DNA of 64,000 nt, taken from contig CAJINV010000008.1 of the NCBI GenBank assembly GCA_905178155.1, forward strand, positions 992,001-1,056,000. The letters run 5' to 3'. The notes beneath the pieces were generated by a model. The model made no database searches. It saw only the letters and a list, made by a program, of their open reading frames with translations, and had not been told where the DNA came from. Both the position numbers and the translations under genes were made by a program. How positions within the stretch are numbered: position 1 is the stretch's first letter; every line of letters starts with the position of its first letter. The stretch is from Amoebophrya sp. A120 (taxonomy: Eukaryota > Protista > Dinoflagellata). This document shows, in pieces, positions 39,153-64,000 of the stretch.

Positions 39153-40170
39153 ATGCCACAAACTTGGGAGGAAGTGTGTCCCAATGATGGGGCGGACTTT
39201 GGCGGCATCGTTATCTGCGGCGATGAAATCGTGCAGGTTGTTCCCAAGTCATGGGCGGCGACCCGCGGAATCGAGGCCGGTGACAAAATTGTTTCCTGCA
39301 ACGATTTATGAACTGCAAAAGTATCGTACTAAGTAGTATAAATGCATGACAAATTTCCTCAGCATGAGAAATAAAATTTATAAATGCGGATTTAACTTGA
39401 GAAAGAAACTTGTAATGCATGACCGCGATTACTACGAGTGCGATACTTTTGCACAGGATACGATTCGCAGCTGAGCTCCGTAAAAGACATCGCCAATCGC
39501 CGAGCCTTGTACCAATCCAAGAACCTGCGACTCAAGTTGGAGCGCCCCGAACGACGAGTATATTACAGCAAGCCTGAGTTTCTAATGAAGAGTGTTGTTT
39601 CCTGATACTAAATCATAATTCTAATTGTACTTCTGGTTGAAGAGACAGAGACTGATGAACCGCTCTTGGCCTAGCCAAGAGGAGGAAACAAATCGCTGCA
39701 ATGAGTATATTACTACGCGGACTTTTGGGCATTGCGCATAATTTGCTTGTAATGAGGTTGGGATGTAGTTACAATGAATCACAATGACCAGACCAAACCA
39801 AAAATCGCAACAGCCCCAGTTGATGTCCGGGCAACTTACGCAGAAGACGCCGGGATGTCGCCTGAAAGGACGCAAGGTCGCGGGACTTTCGGACACGGGT
39901 TTTGCCGTGGATTTGGGGCTGCAGGTCGGCGACGAGCTCGTCGCGCTGAACAACAGCGGCTACACCGAATTGACGGATGACGAGAAGATGCAGCTCTTGA
40001 CCAAGGTGCGCCCGCTCCCCATGCTCTTTCGGTCAGTGACCAACACGGAGCCGACGGCCGCCCTCAGTCGGCCCGCGAAATCCGGTGGCGGCGGCGGGTT
40101 CTTCGGAATGTGCTGCTCCTCCTGTGCCAACGAGCGGGCGCAAAACGAAATTATTGTCTCCGACTTGTAG
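39153..40170 (+). CDS. Small protein with two PDZ-like domains and a C-terminal Cys cluster
   Basis: VVPKSWAATRGIEAGDKIVSCN and TGFAVDLGLQVGDELVALN. Introner 39307-39460 and GT-AG intron 39558-39819. Tail GFFGMCCSSC. Confidence 0.75.
39307..39460. mobile_element. Introner (154 bp)
   Basis: TIR tatgaactgcaaaagtatcgtact / agtgcgatacttttgcacaggata. DR CGATT at 39302-39306 and 39461-39465. Removal gives SCND|SQLSSVKD. Confidence 0.92.
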
Positions 40171-41866
40171 ATGAGGCAGTTGTAGTTGTTGTACTTCTCG
40201 TCGACACGTTATGAAATACAGGAGGAGCTTGCAGGAACGAAGAGAAGCGTTGCCAATGTTGTATTTCATCATCGTTCCAGTATGATTGTAAGACTCATCT
40301 ACATCTCTATCAGTAATATCATTATGAGGTCATAGTTTTCATTTTTGTACGTACTACACATATCGTAAATCTATATCTAAATAGGCTATGGTTTCCAGAA
40401 TTGTTTCTATTCCATATTTCGTCAGTCGGAGTGAGAAGCGCGTTCACACCCTGCTGCGTACCTAAAAAATACATCCGACCATCAGCAGCAGCAGCAGGAG
40501 CAGAATCGTGATTCTGTGAGTCTCATGTGGGCTTGTGACGCGGCGACCCGTCGTGCTGCCAGTGATTAGAAAAGAGTCTTTTTCAACATCTTTGGAAACA
40601 TCCATAGGCTAGATTTGTGATCGTTATGTTTCAATTTCTGGACATCTACTTTTCAAAAAGAAACGCTCCTAGCAATTTTTTTCATTTTCTTTACACCGAC
40701 CCGGTTGACTCATTTGCCTTCTCCTTCAAAGCTTTTTCGCACGCATTTTTTTACCCGCCCATACAGATATTCATATTTTGCTTTTGTTGATTTCGGTATT
40801 TTGTTTTTGTTCCTGTTGGTCCCCGTGTTGCTCGCATGATTTGTTGACATCGACGATCATAAACAATGCCTACATGCAGCTTTTCGTGCACCAGAAAACT
40901 TTGCTTTTCAGCGTTCATCGGGGAGCTACGCTCACGATGTCACTGTCTGCGCAGTCGCACACCAACAGTATCTCCCTCCATTTCACGTATAATTTCATCG
41001 CGCCAAAAGGAAAACAAATTGTGTCGTTGGCAGCTGTGAAGTCCACGTCGCGGTCGGAGACCGCGGGCGAGTGCTCAAATCGAGCTGTTCATCGTGCCTT
41101 TCAAAGCATCGTACTTTATTCGCATTACATCAACATCGGTTATCTGCAGTGCGTCCTAGTGCCGTCAGTAAGTTCGTCGTTGGAATGGTTGTTTTTGTTG
41201 AAGTTTAAGTTTTTTTTGGGCCGTGCATGGCGCATTTTTTTCACCGTCGAGGTTTTCTTTTCGCTCTCCTTGAGCGAGGCGTGGAATGTTGAGCGACAGG
41301 CCGTGATGAATTTTTTGGATGAGTGATTTAGTGATTTTGTTTCACTATCCTCCTTGAGTTGAGTGCAGTACAAACGCATTGCTTCTGCCATAGTTAGCCA
41401 ATTTGATTTAGAATTTCACGTCATTTCCACTTTTTTCTCCCCGCGGTTGCAGTGCGAATAGCCGTCGATTCTTTCGAACTTGGTGCTCCGCCAGCAGGCT
41501 CACCCCGTGGTCGTCACACTATTCAAGTAATTGTGTCCTCTTTGCCTGATGAGATAGGAGACTGACATACCTTCTGAACTGAATCGCCAACTACTTCGGA
41601 TTCTCCCTTGTTGTGTTTCCGCTTCACCAAATTAGAGTTTTAGATTTTTTTGTACTCACCTTACCAAGAAAGCAAAATCAAAAATTAGAAACTTCCTTGA
41701 TGTCGGTTTTCTCCTCTTGTTCTTGATAGAGAAAGAGATATTTGATTGAAGAATTCGTGAACGAAAACAGCGCTCTTTCAGCAAGCGAAAGTACGTAGAT
41801 CAAAGGACACGTCAAAAAATAGATTGCATCGCTTAAGTGTAAGTCGCCCGCCGGGCAGCCAGAAAG

Positions 41867-53437
<11,571 letters not shown>

Positions 53438-55307
53438 AAAGTGTCGCTGATCTTCGTCAGTACGCGGCCGTCGGTCTACCTCGTGGAACGTGTGTAATTT
53501 AAGTAAGTAATCGAATTTTCTGCCCACGGCCTTTACCGTGGTATCGTCCTCGATATTTCACGATCCAGGTCGATATTCACGAGAAAAATGAGCAAAAAAT
53601 GTGCGTAGTTTCACTTCATTCACTGTTGTAGTTTGTCTTCAATGAGTTCTTGATAAAAAAGATACCCGGAATAGTGCAAATGTTTACGCTTGCTTCCGTC
53701 CAACCTGGTTTGTAGACAATAAGGAGTCTGCGGCCGCAGGGATGAAAAACCACGACACAAGCGAAAGAATCAAATGCATTTTTTCGTAAACTTGAGAGAG
53801 TGGCTGACCTGTGGGAGTCCCAGTCGCTGCTCTCTACTACTCATCTGCAACGTTCTGCTTTGTTAACCTCTATTAATTAAGAAGTACCTTACCATTTCGA
53901 TTTTGCATAAATAAATGCCATCATTATCTTCACAATGTGATGAAACTACCAGATTGTACATCGGGAAAAAAACATTGACATTGCCTCCATCAATCGAAGC
54001 GATACGACCGAACACCACCCCAATCCTCGTCGGGTATGAATTTTTTCAACAAAGCAAAAAATTAGAAATAGAATTATCTTCGTCTACCCCTGCGACCGCA
54101 CTGCCATTTTTCTACACTAGTTTCCAGTGCCAATGTTGATTTCCACAATGCATCGTATTCTCAGCTGCAGTTGCAGTTGAAATGGAATGTCCCCCGTCCA
54201 CAGCATCAAGCGCAACCCCGTCCTGCCTTTAAGTGAGGCACATAATAAAAGATTGATTTTATGCATTGTCGATGAGACGCGGCGGGCACGGCGTACAATG
54301 ACAGAAAAGACAAAAGAACGCATATCTTCGGGAACAGGCTTGTCGTGAGGAACATCTATGTGACCGATGTCGATTGAATTGTTTTCACAACGCAGCAGCT
54401 GCTGCTGCTGTTGGCCCCAGGGAAGAAGAAGAAGAAGAACTCAACACATTGAAAAGTACTATGTTCTTCTTGGTAGTTGGGGAAGCGAATGTTTTTTTTT
54501 CGCAACGCCCCTCAGGATTCTTGTTCGTGTCAGCACGAAGAAGCGGAACGTTGTATGGTCGATGCTTGGGTAGTGATACCGCTACAAGAAAAAGAAATAC
54601 GCTCGGAGTCGGCTCGGCGCAAGCATGCACGATGATTTCGTCGACATCGAATGGCCAAAAAATAATGAATTCATTGGCATGAGTGGCCTGCTACGATGTG
54701 CCGCTCGGTGCTGCAAGCTGCTGTTGGCCGCATGCCGTCCGAGAAGAGCAGTAGAGGGCAAGAAGGACGGTTTGAGCGAACAAGGTGTGGATCGTTGAAG
54801 GCACGCGCATTTCTCTTAAATCTAAAGCATCTGCGCGAGAGAGGAACATCAACGAACGTTTTTGGAGTTGCGACTCAGGTGTGCGTGTGGTCGCTACCGG
54901 AGATGTAGTATTTTGAAAAGACGGTGATCTTCATGTCACGAGCACGACGTAGTGCTACGGTATCCATTCCATGATGCAGAACGAGCTCTATTCACATCTT
55001 CTACATTTATTTTTCGTGCAACCATAAAAAGCTTGAGCTGAAGACAGGTACGGCACGATGTTGGGCCGCTACTGCGTAGCGGGCAGTTCCCAGTTTCTAC
55101 GGCGGGCCAGCACTGCCACGGGTCCACTCGTAACGAGTTGCACAGCACCTTCAGCGGCGTCCTGTTTTCAGGTAAATACTACGAGCTACTTGAAAATTTT
55201 GTAAATCAAGTTTGAAGACAAAGACATGAAAATAGCTGGGCTGTGTGGCAACTACTTCTTCAAAAATGATGAACGGTCTGATGCTATACCAATTTTGAAA
55301 ACACCAG

Positions 55308-55721
55308 TTGAACACCAAAACGAGCCCCCTGCTGCGATCTCTGAGCAGCCTTTTCTCCAGGCAGCAGATTGTGAACTTTCACCACGGAAGCTGTCCCCCT
55401 CGTGCTGCTGCAGATGGAACGACCAGACAATCGCAGCGCGTTCCGTGCGACAAGAAAAGTAGTGCTTCGCAGCTTTTGCCGAGTAACATTCAGGATCTGG
55501 CCGACGAGGCGAAACGGCTATCGGAGGAGGACCCGGCTCGTGCCAGCTTCGTGGTGACCGACATGGCCCGTGACTCGGTTCAGGGTGCGTGTGTGCGTAT
55601 GAACGGTGTGATGCTAATCCTGTTCTTGATGCTGAGTGAAGGCCTGCTCCTGCTGTTCTTCTTCAACTGCTGGTGGTGGCAGTGCTGCTCCAATTCCTGG
55701 CTGCGAGGCGGTATCATCTAA
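55308..55721 (+). CDS. Probable last exon of an unknown protein with a C-terminal TM and Cys/Trp cluster
   Basis: GC-rich coding-like codons in IQDLADEAKRLSEEDPARASF..LILFLMLSEGLLLLFFFNCWWWQCC. Upstream exons are unresolved. Confidence 0.4.
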   Translation: MNTKTSPLLRSLSSLFSRQQIVNFHHGSCPPRAAADGTTRQSQRVPCDKKSSASQLLPSNIQDLADEAKRLSEEDPARASFVVTDMARDSVQGACVRMNGVMLILFLMLSEGLLLLFFFNCWWWQCCSNSWLRGGII

Positions 55722-57448
55722 GTGGAGGATGATGAGTCGAGGTTGTACTACGATCATTTATACCAGTGGGAACAACTACAACAACATCACGAAATAAACC
55801 AGCGTAAGCACGAACCCCGCCGATCACGACGACCGCGATTGCTCGTTGTTGTATTAAAAGCAAGAAAGAGGAATCGAAATGGCAGGCTGGTAAGCAAGTT
55901 GATCTGCATTGTAGATGAAAAAAACACGCGCAGTCCTCTCATGACTCGTGGAAGATTCAAGGCGCCCGCAGAAGTTCGAAACTACTTTTCGTGTCGTCGT
56001 ACACAATGCGGTGCCTGTAGAAACACTTATTGCAGGAAAAAAGACAGTAAAGTAAGATTGTGCTCGATCGCTCCTTCATCTGGTATCACTTCGACTTCTC
56101 GATGGTTTATTCGACCGCACAGAGTAATAAAGTTATTAATAACATGTAGTTGCGATCGCGACCGGCACTGTTCACATTCAGCCGAATAAAAGGCACACGG
56201 TGCCGAATTTCGGAACTTGTTGGTGCTGTGTCTCCTTGGCGAGAGATCACTAATCTGATTCAACGGCAAATGGATTGCGTTCTGAAAACACGAACGCCGG
56301 ATCCCTTCTGCTTTGTTGAACGAAAAAGGTCGACGGCGGTGGCTAGTATGGTTAACGGAAGAGGTGGAAAGCGATCGGAAAGCGAAAGAACACGCGACAG
56401 AACTCACTGTATTAGTAACAATAACTTTTATTGACGTCAGGCGACGGCGGACGTCGATTGGTACGTATCAAAGCTCAAGGGCAGATCTACCATAGGGCTA
56501 AAAATATGGTGCCTTGCTTTCGCGAGACTGATGTAAATCCAAATTCATCGGTCTATTCAATTTTGGTAGTTTCACTTGTTGTCAGATACGATAGAGACAA
56601 GGAAAAATCCGAAACTCAAGTCATCTCCGTCAGATCATCGGGCACCTGTGAGGCAGGGCAATTTTCTCGGAAGATTGACAAGATCTAACTTGGAGATCAA
56701 AGTGTTAACTTTTCTTAGGTTCTGCTTCATCATAGTCATCGTTTCGTTCAAAATTTTTCGGAGGTCCTTTGGTCTTGTACAAGTAAAGTACCACGAGACA
56801 GGAAAAGAAGCCGAAGCGGGTCCATGGTTCCACCGAGATGACCGTCGTGTACGTACGGAATAAGTAGCTTTGTGTCCTTTCATCCGCACTAAGATCTTAT
56901 TTTCCGTTCAATTTCCCCGTGACGCGGTCCTGGAGTCGGAAAGGCCTTGCGTTTTGCGGCCTTATGGATGAGAAAGCGATACGTACGTCACTGTGATTTC
57001 AGCAATCGCAAGAGCAAAGAAAAGTCTTGACTATAAGTACTTGCTTTGCAGGCTCCGGCTGCGGCGCAAGATATCCGGCGTGTGATTTTCTATGCCAATT
57101 TTCATTGTATGAACTCAACTATCAAAAAATATGAATTCCCGCAGTCCACCTTGAAGAACGAATCCGGGAGCTCGCACTCGCGATTCACGAATTTGGAGAA
57201 CTCATAAGAAGCAGTAAACATCAATAAAATACGCGCACGCTATCTAGCGTTCTTACACAGGACCTGAATCTTCTTGTCAAAAATCAAGGAAACGATACTA
57301 AGCCCACGCTGGCTCCTCTTGCTACACAGTGCGGCGCCAGAAGTCTCTTGGTCTTCTTATTTTCGAGAAAATAGAAATACGATTGAACTCAGGAATCAGA
57401 CATACGAAATCGCCCGTGCTTGCTTTTCACATTAAAGGCTTGCACAGG

Positions 57449-57841
57449 ATGTCGTTGTCCTTCGGTCTCCCGCGGGACTCACGGTCGCCCTCTGCCGCTC
57501 TGCGGTTCACCACGGTCCGCTCCGTCGTCACCGTGATGATGTGTGTCATGATCCAGCAAGGCCACGTGGACGCAAAGCTGCTGAAGGTAAAGACCAAGCT
57601 GAAGTCCTCGACGACGTCGGAGACTCTCAGGACTCTCGTCAATGCGGCCTCCGACGGCGCCCAGTTCGTGGGTTGGAACTACTGGACCAACAAGAAAGTC
57701 CCATTGGGTTGCGCGTGTCTGTATGGCACTCTCCAGTATGGATGCGGGGTTCCCGCCTGGCCGGCGTGCTTGGCTGCCGGCGTCAGCGCGACCGGTGCGA
57801 AGATGGTACATGATGTTATTGCACGGTGTGCATCTTCTTAG
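57449..57841 (+). CDS. Small putatively secreted Cys-containing protein
   Basis: A hydrophobic segment is followed by VDA|KLLKVK and a C-terminal CACLYGTLQYGCGVPAWPAC. Coding-like codon usage. Confidence 0.6.
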   Translation: MSLSFGLPRDSRSPSAALRFTTVRSVVTVMMCVMIQQGHVDAKLLKVKTKLKSSTTSETLRTLVNAASDGAQFVGWNYWTNKKVPLGCACLYGTLQYGCGVPAWPACLAAGVSATGAKMVHDVIARCASS

Positions 57842-59027
57842 TACTCACATGAAATAGGAAAGTAGATGAGTGACGAAGGAAGTATGAGAGGATCTTCGCT
57901 ATGTTCACATCGCGGAACAAACATTAGCTGTGCATCAACTGCTCGCAAAGCTGGCCGCCACTGTGTAGAACGAGACCAAGCACGACGATGTAGTTGTAGC
58001 AAGATCGGTATAGATTCATATGTTTACTGGGTGCAACAACCGACCAAACACACGCACAATGTCGCAACGATACTATATCAGTGCGGCTGACTTACGGTCC
58101 TGCGGAACTGGACATGATGATCGTTGCTGTAAATATCATAGGGCTCCTTCTTGCGCTCTAGTGAAAAACAATTGTCCGCAAAAGTGGTCGTGAGTCTGCG
58201 AAGCCTTTTTATTCAACCTGGTGAAAGACGTTGCGGTTCGCTTGTATATGTATTGTTGGAGAAGCATGAGTAGAGTCAGACATACGTAGTCGTAGACGAA
58301 CTACGACGACGTCGACACACAGACACTAGGGCCAACGGCACGAGTGTCGCTCCGATAGCGCTTTCTTGCGCACGTAGTGGCTTTTTCAGTGTCACAAACT
58401 ATAAAACCAATTCAGGCGACCGAGCATTGCATCAGACCGGGTTCGGAGGTCAGGTGCACTTTCGTTAACAGGTATCCCTGTCTGAAAGGCCACCCCAAAT
58501 TCTTGTGCCAACTACCAATGCAGCTGCAGCAGGGTCACAGATGAGTGAGTGATACATTGCTGAGGTTTTTCATCGAAGTCGCAGGCGTTTTTTTTCTGTT
58601 GTCGTGGTCGACCTGCTGGTATTGGTAAAGAGGTGCCCAGCTCTCTACGTCATCAGTGTTGATGCTCCATTCTTTCTGTTCGACCTGAACAATAAGTTCG
58701 GTTCTTTGGCAAAAAAATCGCTGAAGCTCAGCAGACAAATTAGCACTGGAACTCGAACTTCAGGACGAAGCGTGAATGTATAAGTAGCTGAGAATCAGCG
58801 TCAGGCGATCTTCTAGGTCACGTGTCAAGGCGTTTCCGCTTATCGACATCGACATTTCGCTGGATAATTCCAATTTGAGAATGCACATGCTAAATCTACA
58901 GGGTGGGTCTTTTCGTTTTCATACCATTAAGCAACGGGGCCAGCACTTGTCGGTACGTGCGGAGAACGAGGACGATCGGCGAAGCGGGTCCTTGCGAGTT
59001 GGAAGCAGCACTGGCGTGAGTGCCGAG

Positions 59028-59618
59028 ATGGGCTGGGACGCAACGGGTAAGTTTTTCGCTGGAGTCACCCCGTTGACTGGAGGGGAACCCGGGTATGCTC
59101 CGGAGCAGCAGGACATGGGAGGAGCCGGTGAACAAGAGCAGTCGCGTCGGTCGAGGTCCCCGCCTGGTGTGGACCTACAATTTCGCCCGGGAGCGAAGAA
59201 ACCCCGGAGTGGGTCGCCGAGCCCGCGGATTCATTCGAGTGCGGAGTATAGCTCGTCCGGGAACCATGAAGATGATGGACCGAAAATTGAGGAAGTGCCG
59301 GATTCCGACGAAGAGCTTCCCCGAAGCACGGATCATCAGGGTTATCAGGAGCAGCCAGGTGTCGCTGGTTCCTACCCTGTGACCACGGAGCACCCGGCGT
59401 ACCTTAATGCTAATGGTGTTCCGACGGGCCAGCCGTATCCGGACAAGGAAACCGGTAGTCCGGGATCCTCGAACGCCGATATTTTCGGCGGGGCCGGTGG
59501 CTTCCTCGGGCGGGTCGGGGGCGCGGCTACCGCGGCTGCTTCCGCGCCGGTGGATCCGGCAGGGTGGCCGCACGACGCTGAAGCGGCTGCTGGAGCTGGA
59601 ATGAGCGTCGACGCATAG
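59028..59618 (+). CDS. Hypothetical low-complexity (G/P/S/E-rich) protein
   Basis: Part of a 247-codon ORF with elevated GC. No domain recognised. Confidence 0.4.
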   Translation: MGWDATGKFFAGVTPLTGGEPGYAPEQQDMGGAGEQEQSRRSRSPPGVDLQFRPGAKKPRSGSPSPRIHSSAEYSSSGNHEDDGPKIEEVPDSDEELPRSTDHQGYQEQPGVAGSYPVTTEHPAYLNANGVPTGQPYPDKETGSPGSSNADIFGGAGGFLGRVGGAATAAASAPVDPAGWPHDAEAAAGAGMSVDA

Positions 59619-61152
59619 CTCAAAAATGGGGCTGCAGTGGGAGAGACGAGGACGACGAGGCAATAATACGTCTTCCGGGGAAACGTATTGATATTTGATT
59701 CGTACTAGGAAGCAATGATATTATGGACGGTATCTCAAAGTTAGTTCTTACCTCAGCACGGTACTGTCCGATCGCTATGCCCAGTACGTAGTTGCGGGAA
59801 GAACCACGATTACGATCATGAATCAGATACGAGTAGGAGCACCGTGCCGTCGAACTCGTGTTGATCTTTGCTACTAAGACTCACGCTCGTTACTTGCCAG
59901 ACTGACAGCTTGCTTAGCTGCGCCTTGTCCTTGACTTTTGTGGTATTTTTCATATACGCGATGTAAAGAAGTTGATAGCAGACTAAAACTAGCAGCTGAA
60001 AAAGAAAAATTCATGTAAAGAATTGATGCTGCACCAGGGAGAGCGCCAAGGAAGGGGTTGGTGGAAGTTGAAGTTCCATGAACATTCACAAGATGTTGTA
60101 GGACAGGACGCTCTGTCGGCGCGTTTGGGTTGCTGAGGCTGACGATCACGATGGCTACATATTCGGGAAGAGGTCGAGGCTTTTGCCTTTCCCGGTGTTA
60201 GCATGACCTTCCCACGGTCTCGCGGCGACGGAGTCAGTAGATGGTGCTGCGCGATGGTGAAAAGAATGGCTCTGCGGAAATGGGATCCACATCGATATCC
60301 AGAGCTTCGATAAAATTAATATCAAGATCTCGCCGCTTGATCACATAAGGTTCTACTTGTTGCACTTGCAGTGACGCAAGAGAGATCTATACGGCCAAGG
60401 AAGGAACTGCTCTATTGAGGGCAAGAGGACACGTCTCATGCGATCGATCCTTAGTGTCTGTGAGCACGAAACGGAAGCACTCATCAAAGCTTCACCATCG
60501 GTTGTAGATGCAGATCCATTTTTTCCCGACGGTACAGCTTCGCTAATTGCACGTCTTCCGGGTGATCTGTGGTTGATGCCTCCTCTAGAGATCCCCCCCG
60601 AGGATCCCCCCGGTGCAATGATGAACAGAGAAGACAGCTTGATCTCCTTTTATACGCTGGTGGCTCCGTCGCGATTAACGCGCAAGATATGCACACTGAT
60701 GAAGATCCCGCTGCTTCATTGCCTCGCAAGGGTTCGCCACTAGTTCGTTTGTTGTTGTTTCATCACTCTGCTCTACCGCCGAGGTTTCCTACATATGAAT
60801 GTGTAACCCCAAAGCCGAGGACGTTGACGTTCGCAAAACGAAAAGGGGCAGGCAGTCAATTTTCTTACTGCTTGCAGGCAGATTAGCGTCGAAAACTAAA
60901 GAAGTCATCGCACCTCTTTTAGAAAAGCTTTCTTCAAAAGTACAAACAAAATCGAAATCCTCACAGAAGTCATTGGAGTTCATTTAGACACACAATTATT
61001 CAGTACGTCCTTTGCGTACATGGCCACATAAGTGATCCTCAACACGAACCCCTTCGACGCACAGGAGGAGCCAGCAGGTCGACACTTCGAGATTCGCTTT
61101 CGCATTTGCGTAGAACGAAAGCCCTTCTGTCCGACTAGAAGTGGTGCTCAAG

Positions 61153-61413
61153 ATGCAGTCGCCCTTGCGCCACTATTTCGGAATTGGTTGTGCCACTCTG
61201 TTGTGGTGCGCTATTTTCAATGGCATCTGCTCTCCCGGAGTGGAAGCCAAGTTTCTCAAGGTCCAAAAATTGCGGCCGAGTGTTTTTACCGACTGGAAAA
61301 CATGTGCGGCTTGCTGCGTGACGTACGGGGTCAACAATGGTTGCTGTGGTTGTTCGGTAGAGACGTCTGCTACCTGTGCAGCAGCAGCTTCTGTATGCGG
61401 ACATTTGGTATAA
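61153..61413 (+). CDS. Small putatively secreted Cys-rich peptide precursor
   Basis: A signal-like N-terminus is followed by VEA|KFLKVQ and an 8-Cys region CAACCVTYGVNNGCCGC..C..C. Confidence 0.55.
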   Translation: MQSPLRHYFGIGCATLLWCAIFNGICSPGVEAKFLKVQKLRPSVFTDWKTCAACCVTYGVNNGCCGCSVETSATCAAAASVCGHLV

Positions 61414-64000
61414 TGAGTTTTTTTCAGATTCTTTGCGAAGTTGCGATTGGTAATCCTACTCTCCCTCCTCATTACTTTCCTTGGGGGCTTCATTTTATGT
61501 GCTTTCCAAGGTTCCTAGCAGGAGAAAAGTGAGATAGAATTTGGAGGTTCGCAACTTGCCTGCCTCGCCCTCTGAAGCAGAGCATCTTTAAACCTTCAGA
61601 CACTTGCTGGGTCTGACTACTTCGTGGCCACAAGATGGCCGACGATTATGATTTCGCCACGATCCACAGCCTGATGTAACCTGAATGTTCGTCGTTCCTC
61701 TGTGTGTGCAGATTGAGATTGAACTGCTCATGATCGCGTCACTCCGTAAGGATTATCTTTTTTCTGTGTTTCGCTTGTTCTTTGGTCCTTACTGGGAGGA
61801 TAAAAACCGATGCACAAGCTATCAGAACGACATTCATGTTTTTCGCAGTATCGTACTTGGTTGAGCCACGAAGGTCGTGACGATGGAGAAACTGCAGAAG
61901 CAGCGTGTCTGCGGAAAACGGATTGAGCTCGAAAATGGCACTCTTTTTGGCTTCTTTTAGCACTTTCCGTCATGACACACATCGATGAAGCGTCTGCTTC
62001 TCTTTATCTGTGTGTTGATCTCATAAGAATGTGCGACAGTTCTATTCACATTTTCATCATATCTACAAAAAGGTCACTGAAAAATATAATACTAATACAG
62101 GGCTGGAAGTACTTCGTTCAAGCTACGCGCGACTCGCAGGTGTGACCACTCAACTGTGACAGATGCTGCTCAGCGGGCGAGGTCCTACGACCCTAATCAC
62201 GGAAAAGCAAAGGCTCCATCTTCTTGTTTGTCATGATGCAAACAAGGCCTCCCTACTTGATGGTTTGCTTAGTGCGGCTCATCCGCCAATCGAAACTCTC
62301 CTGCATAGTTCAGTTCAGAGGTTTATTCATCTTGGACATGACTACATTTTTGCGAGCGCGGCACATTATGGCTCGCTGTCCACTTACTTTGTTCCCCGGT
62401 CTTACTGCCCGCTCCTACTTGCATGAGATGCCCGCAGTTAATATGTTTCCCCACGGGGGCGGCAGAGCAAAACAATGGCCACAGTAGACAATGTCACACT
62501 TGAGAAGGTAATGAGTGGCGAATATCACGTTACGATCAACAAGAGTTACGCAAGCGTAACAGGACACAGGTTGTACACTCTTGCTTGGTGTTGGCAATCG
62601 ACAAAGGTGCGGCGCATGTGCATGTTTGTAGTCTATACAGAGGCCGGACCTGCAGTTAATGAATTGCGACGCTTTGTCCCTCAGGCGGCTGCGCACCGTG
62701 GTGTCGCTGGTGCGTCGCCGTTTTTATATTTAGCAATTGCACTTCGGGGCAGCCAAATTCGAAGGGTTGCGCTGCCACTGCGACACGCTGGACACTAGCG
62801 CCGGAGCAGCTGCTACTTTTTGCACTGCCGGGCGCTCCCCTGGCCCATCGGTAATAAGTGTATGGCCCGGGGGTTTGTGTTTTCGCACTGCAAACACGCG
62901 CGTCTGTAGTGAATGTGTGGCCCATGTGTAATAAGTGCATGGCCCGGTTTGTAGTTGTTGTGCTGCGCACTGATTAGTTTCGCGTTGCCACCTGCGCCAC
63001 GCGGCAACAGTGCCGCTTCACTCCCTATTAACGCGACGGTGGGAACCCAGCGGGTAAGATTGAAGGGCAGGCACAGGATGGTGGAGGTTTTCGGGCAGAG
63101 GTGGAACTTGGTCCCGACGGACAAGTGAAGAAAGCAAATATCGGATCTACGGGAGAAAAACTCTTTTGCAATCCTACACTGGCGCCTTTTTGTTTTCGTG
63201 TATGTGCAATCCACTAGTAGCGGTAGCGGGAGGGCGAGCTCCCGTGGGTCGCTCTCTTGCATTTGGTACCGCATTGTTCATGCTGCATGTTAAGCCTGCC
63301 CCTGAGCAGTAAACGCGCAACGGGAAAGACAAGTGGATTCTCCGGGAAGAAATGCAAGAAGAAGCAGTATTCTCCGGGAAAGACCAGTATCTTTCGGGCT
63401 TTCTTCATTCCTTGTTTGTATGATGTGCACCAAATTTCAGTATTGATCTTGCGTAGCCGACACTGGCTGCTTCTAGTTGCAAATTGATTTTTTTCTATGC
63501 ATATCTGTTACTCCGGAAGGAAACGGGCCGCAACAGCAGCAAATGAGACAGCGGATCGTAGATGAGCGGAAGGGGTTGGGTCAACTGAAGGACAAGTAGA
63601 TCGCAACTGACCAGCCGATTGCGAGTCTTTTCGTTTTTGTCTGAACCGCTACTAGAACCATCGGGTCCGGCGGTGTAAGCAAGTACTTAGGTCTTTGCGC
63701 AAATCTATCGTCACTTTGTAGGAAGCTGAGCTAGTAATGGCAGATAGCATGCTGTCATAATCAAAATCATACAACTGCGCGGAAAGGATAAGGGAATTGT
63801 AGAGATAAGGAGGACGCTCTGCATTTAGAGCGGTGCCGATAGTTGCGATCTGAGATATGGGCGGCAATTGTTGCCCCATTGAGTACGTCATCAGCATGAG
63901 AGCCGCAACGAGAATGGTGCGCCGCCGGCGATTAGACTTGATGGATGACTCACAGTTGTTGTTCAGGACATAATCGCAGGGGTTGTACTTACTAACTGTA

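Noticed and set aside
39556-39830. Repeated gagtatattac suggesting another introner in the PDZ gene
   Set aside because: There is no convincing TIR, and a clean phase-0 GT-AG intron (39558-39819) explains the join.
40778-41326. 182-aa ORF upstream of IDH
   Set aside because: It is T-rich with a non-ATG start, no domain and non-coding-like composition.

Overview
This is a eukaryotic, intron-rich window. All recognisable genes lie on the + strand: a GT32-like glycosyltransferase, a probable GT8-GT31 fusion, a FATP-type acyl-CoA synthetase, a 3-repeat membrane protein, UDP-xylose synthase, a coiled-coil protein, a NAP protein, a HAD-like protein, a PDZ protein, an EF-hand-fused monomeric NADP-IDH and small secreted Cys-rich proteins. 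The dominant feature is about 17 short (110-380 bp) insertions inside coding exons. They have terminal inverted repeats starting TAT and mostly ending ATA, are flanked by 5-bp direct repeats, and mostly lack GT-AG ends. Removing the element plus one repeat copy restores the reading frame. They behave as transposon-derived non-canonical introns (introners), and the architecture suggests an Amoebophrya-like (Syndiniales) genome; that is an inference, and introners have been described in that genus. Beyond the known phenomenon, the sequence shows five further things: two families occur in both orientations; decayed direct repeats fix the splice register and show gain of GT or AG; a 9-mer (TTGTCATGC) is shared across unrelated families; there is a probable 8-nt micro-exon; and a 6.9-kb intron holds nested elements. 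All exon structures were inferred by hand, without transcript data.
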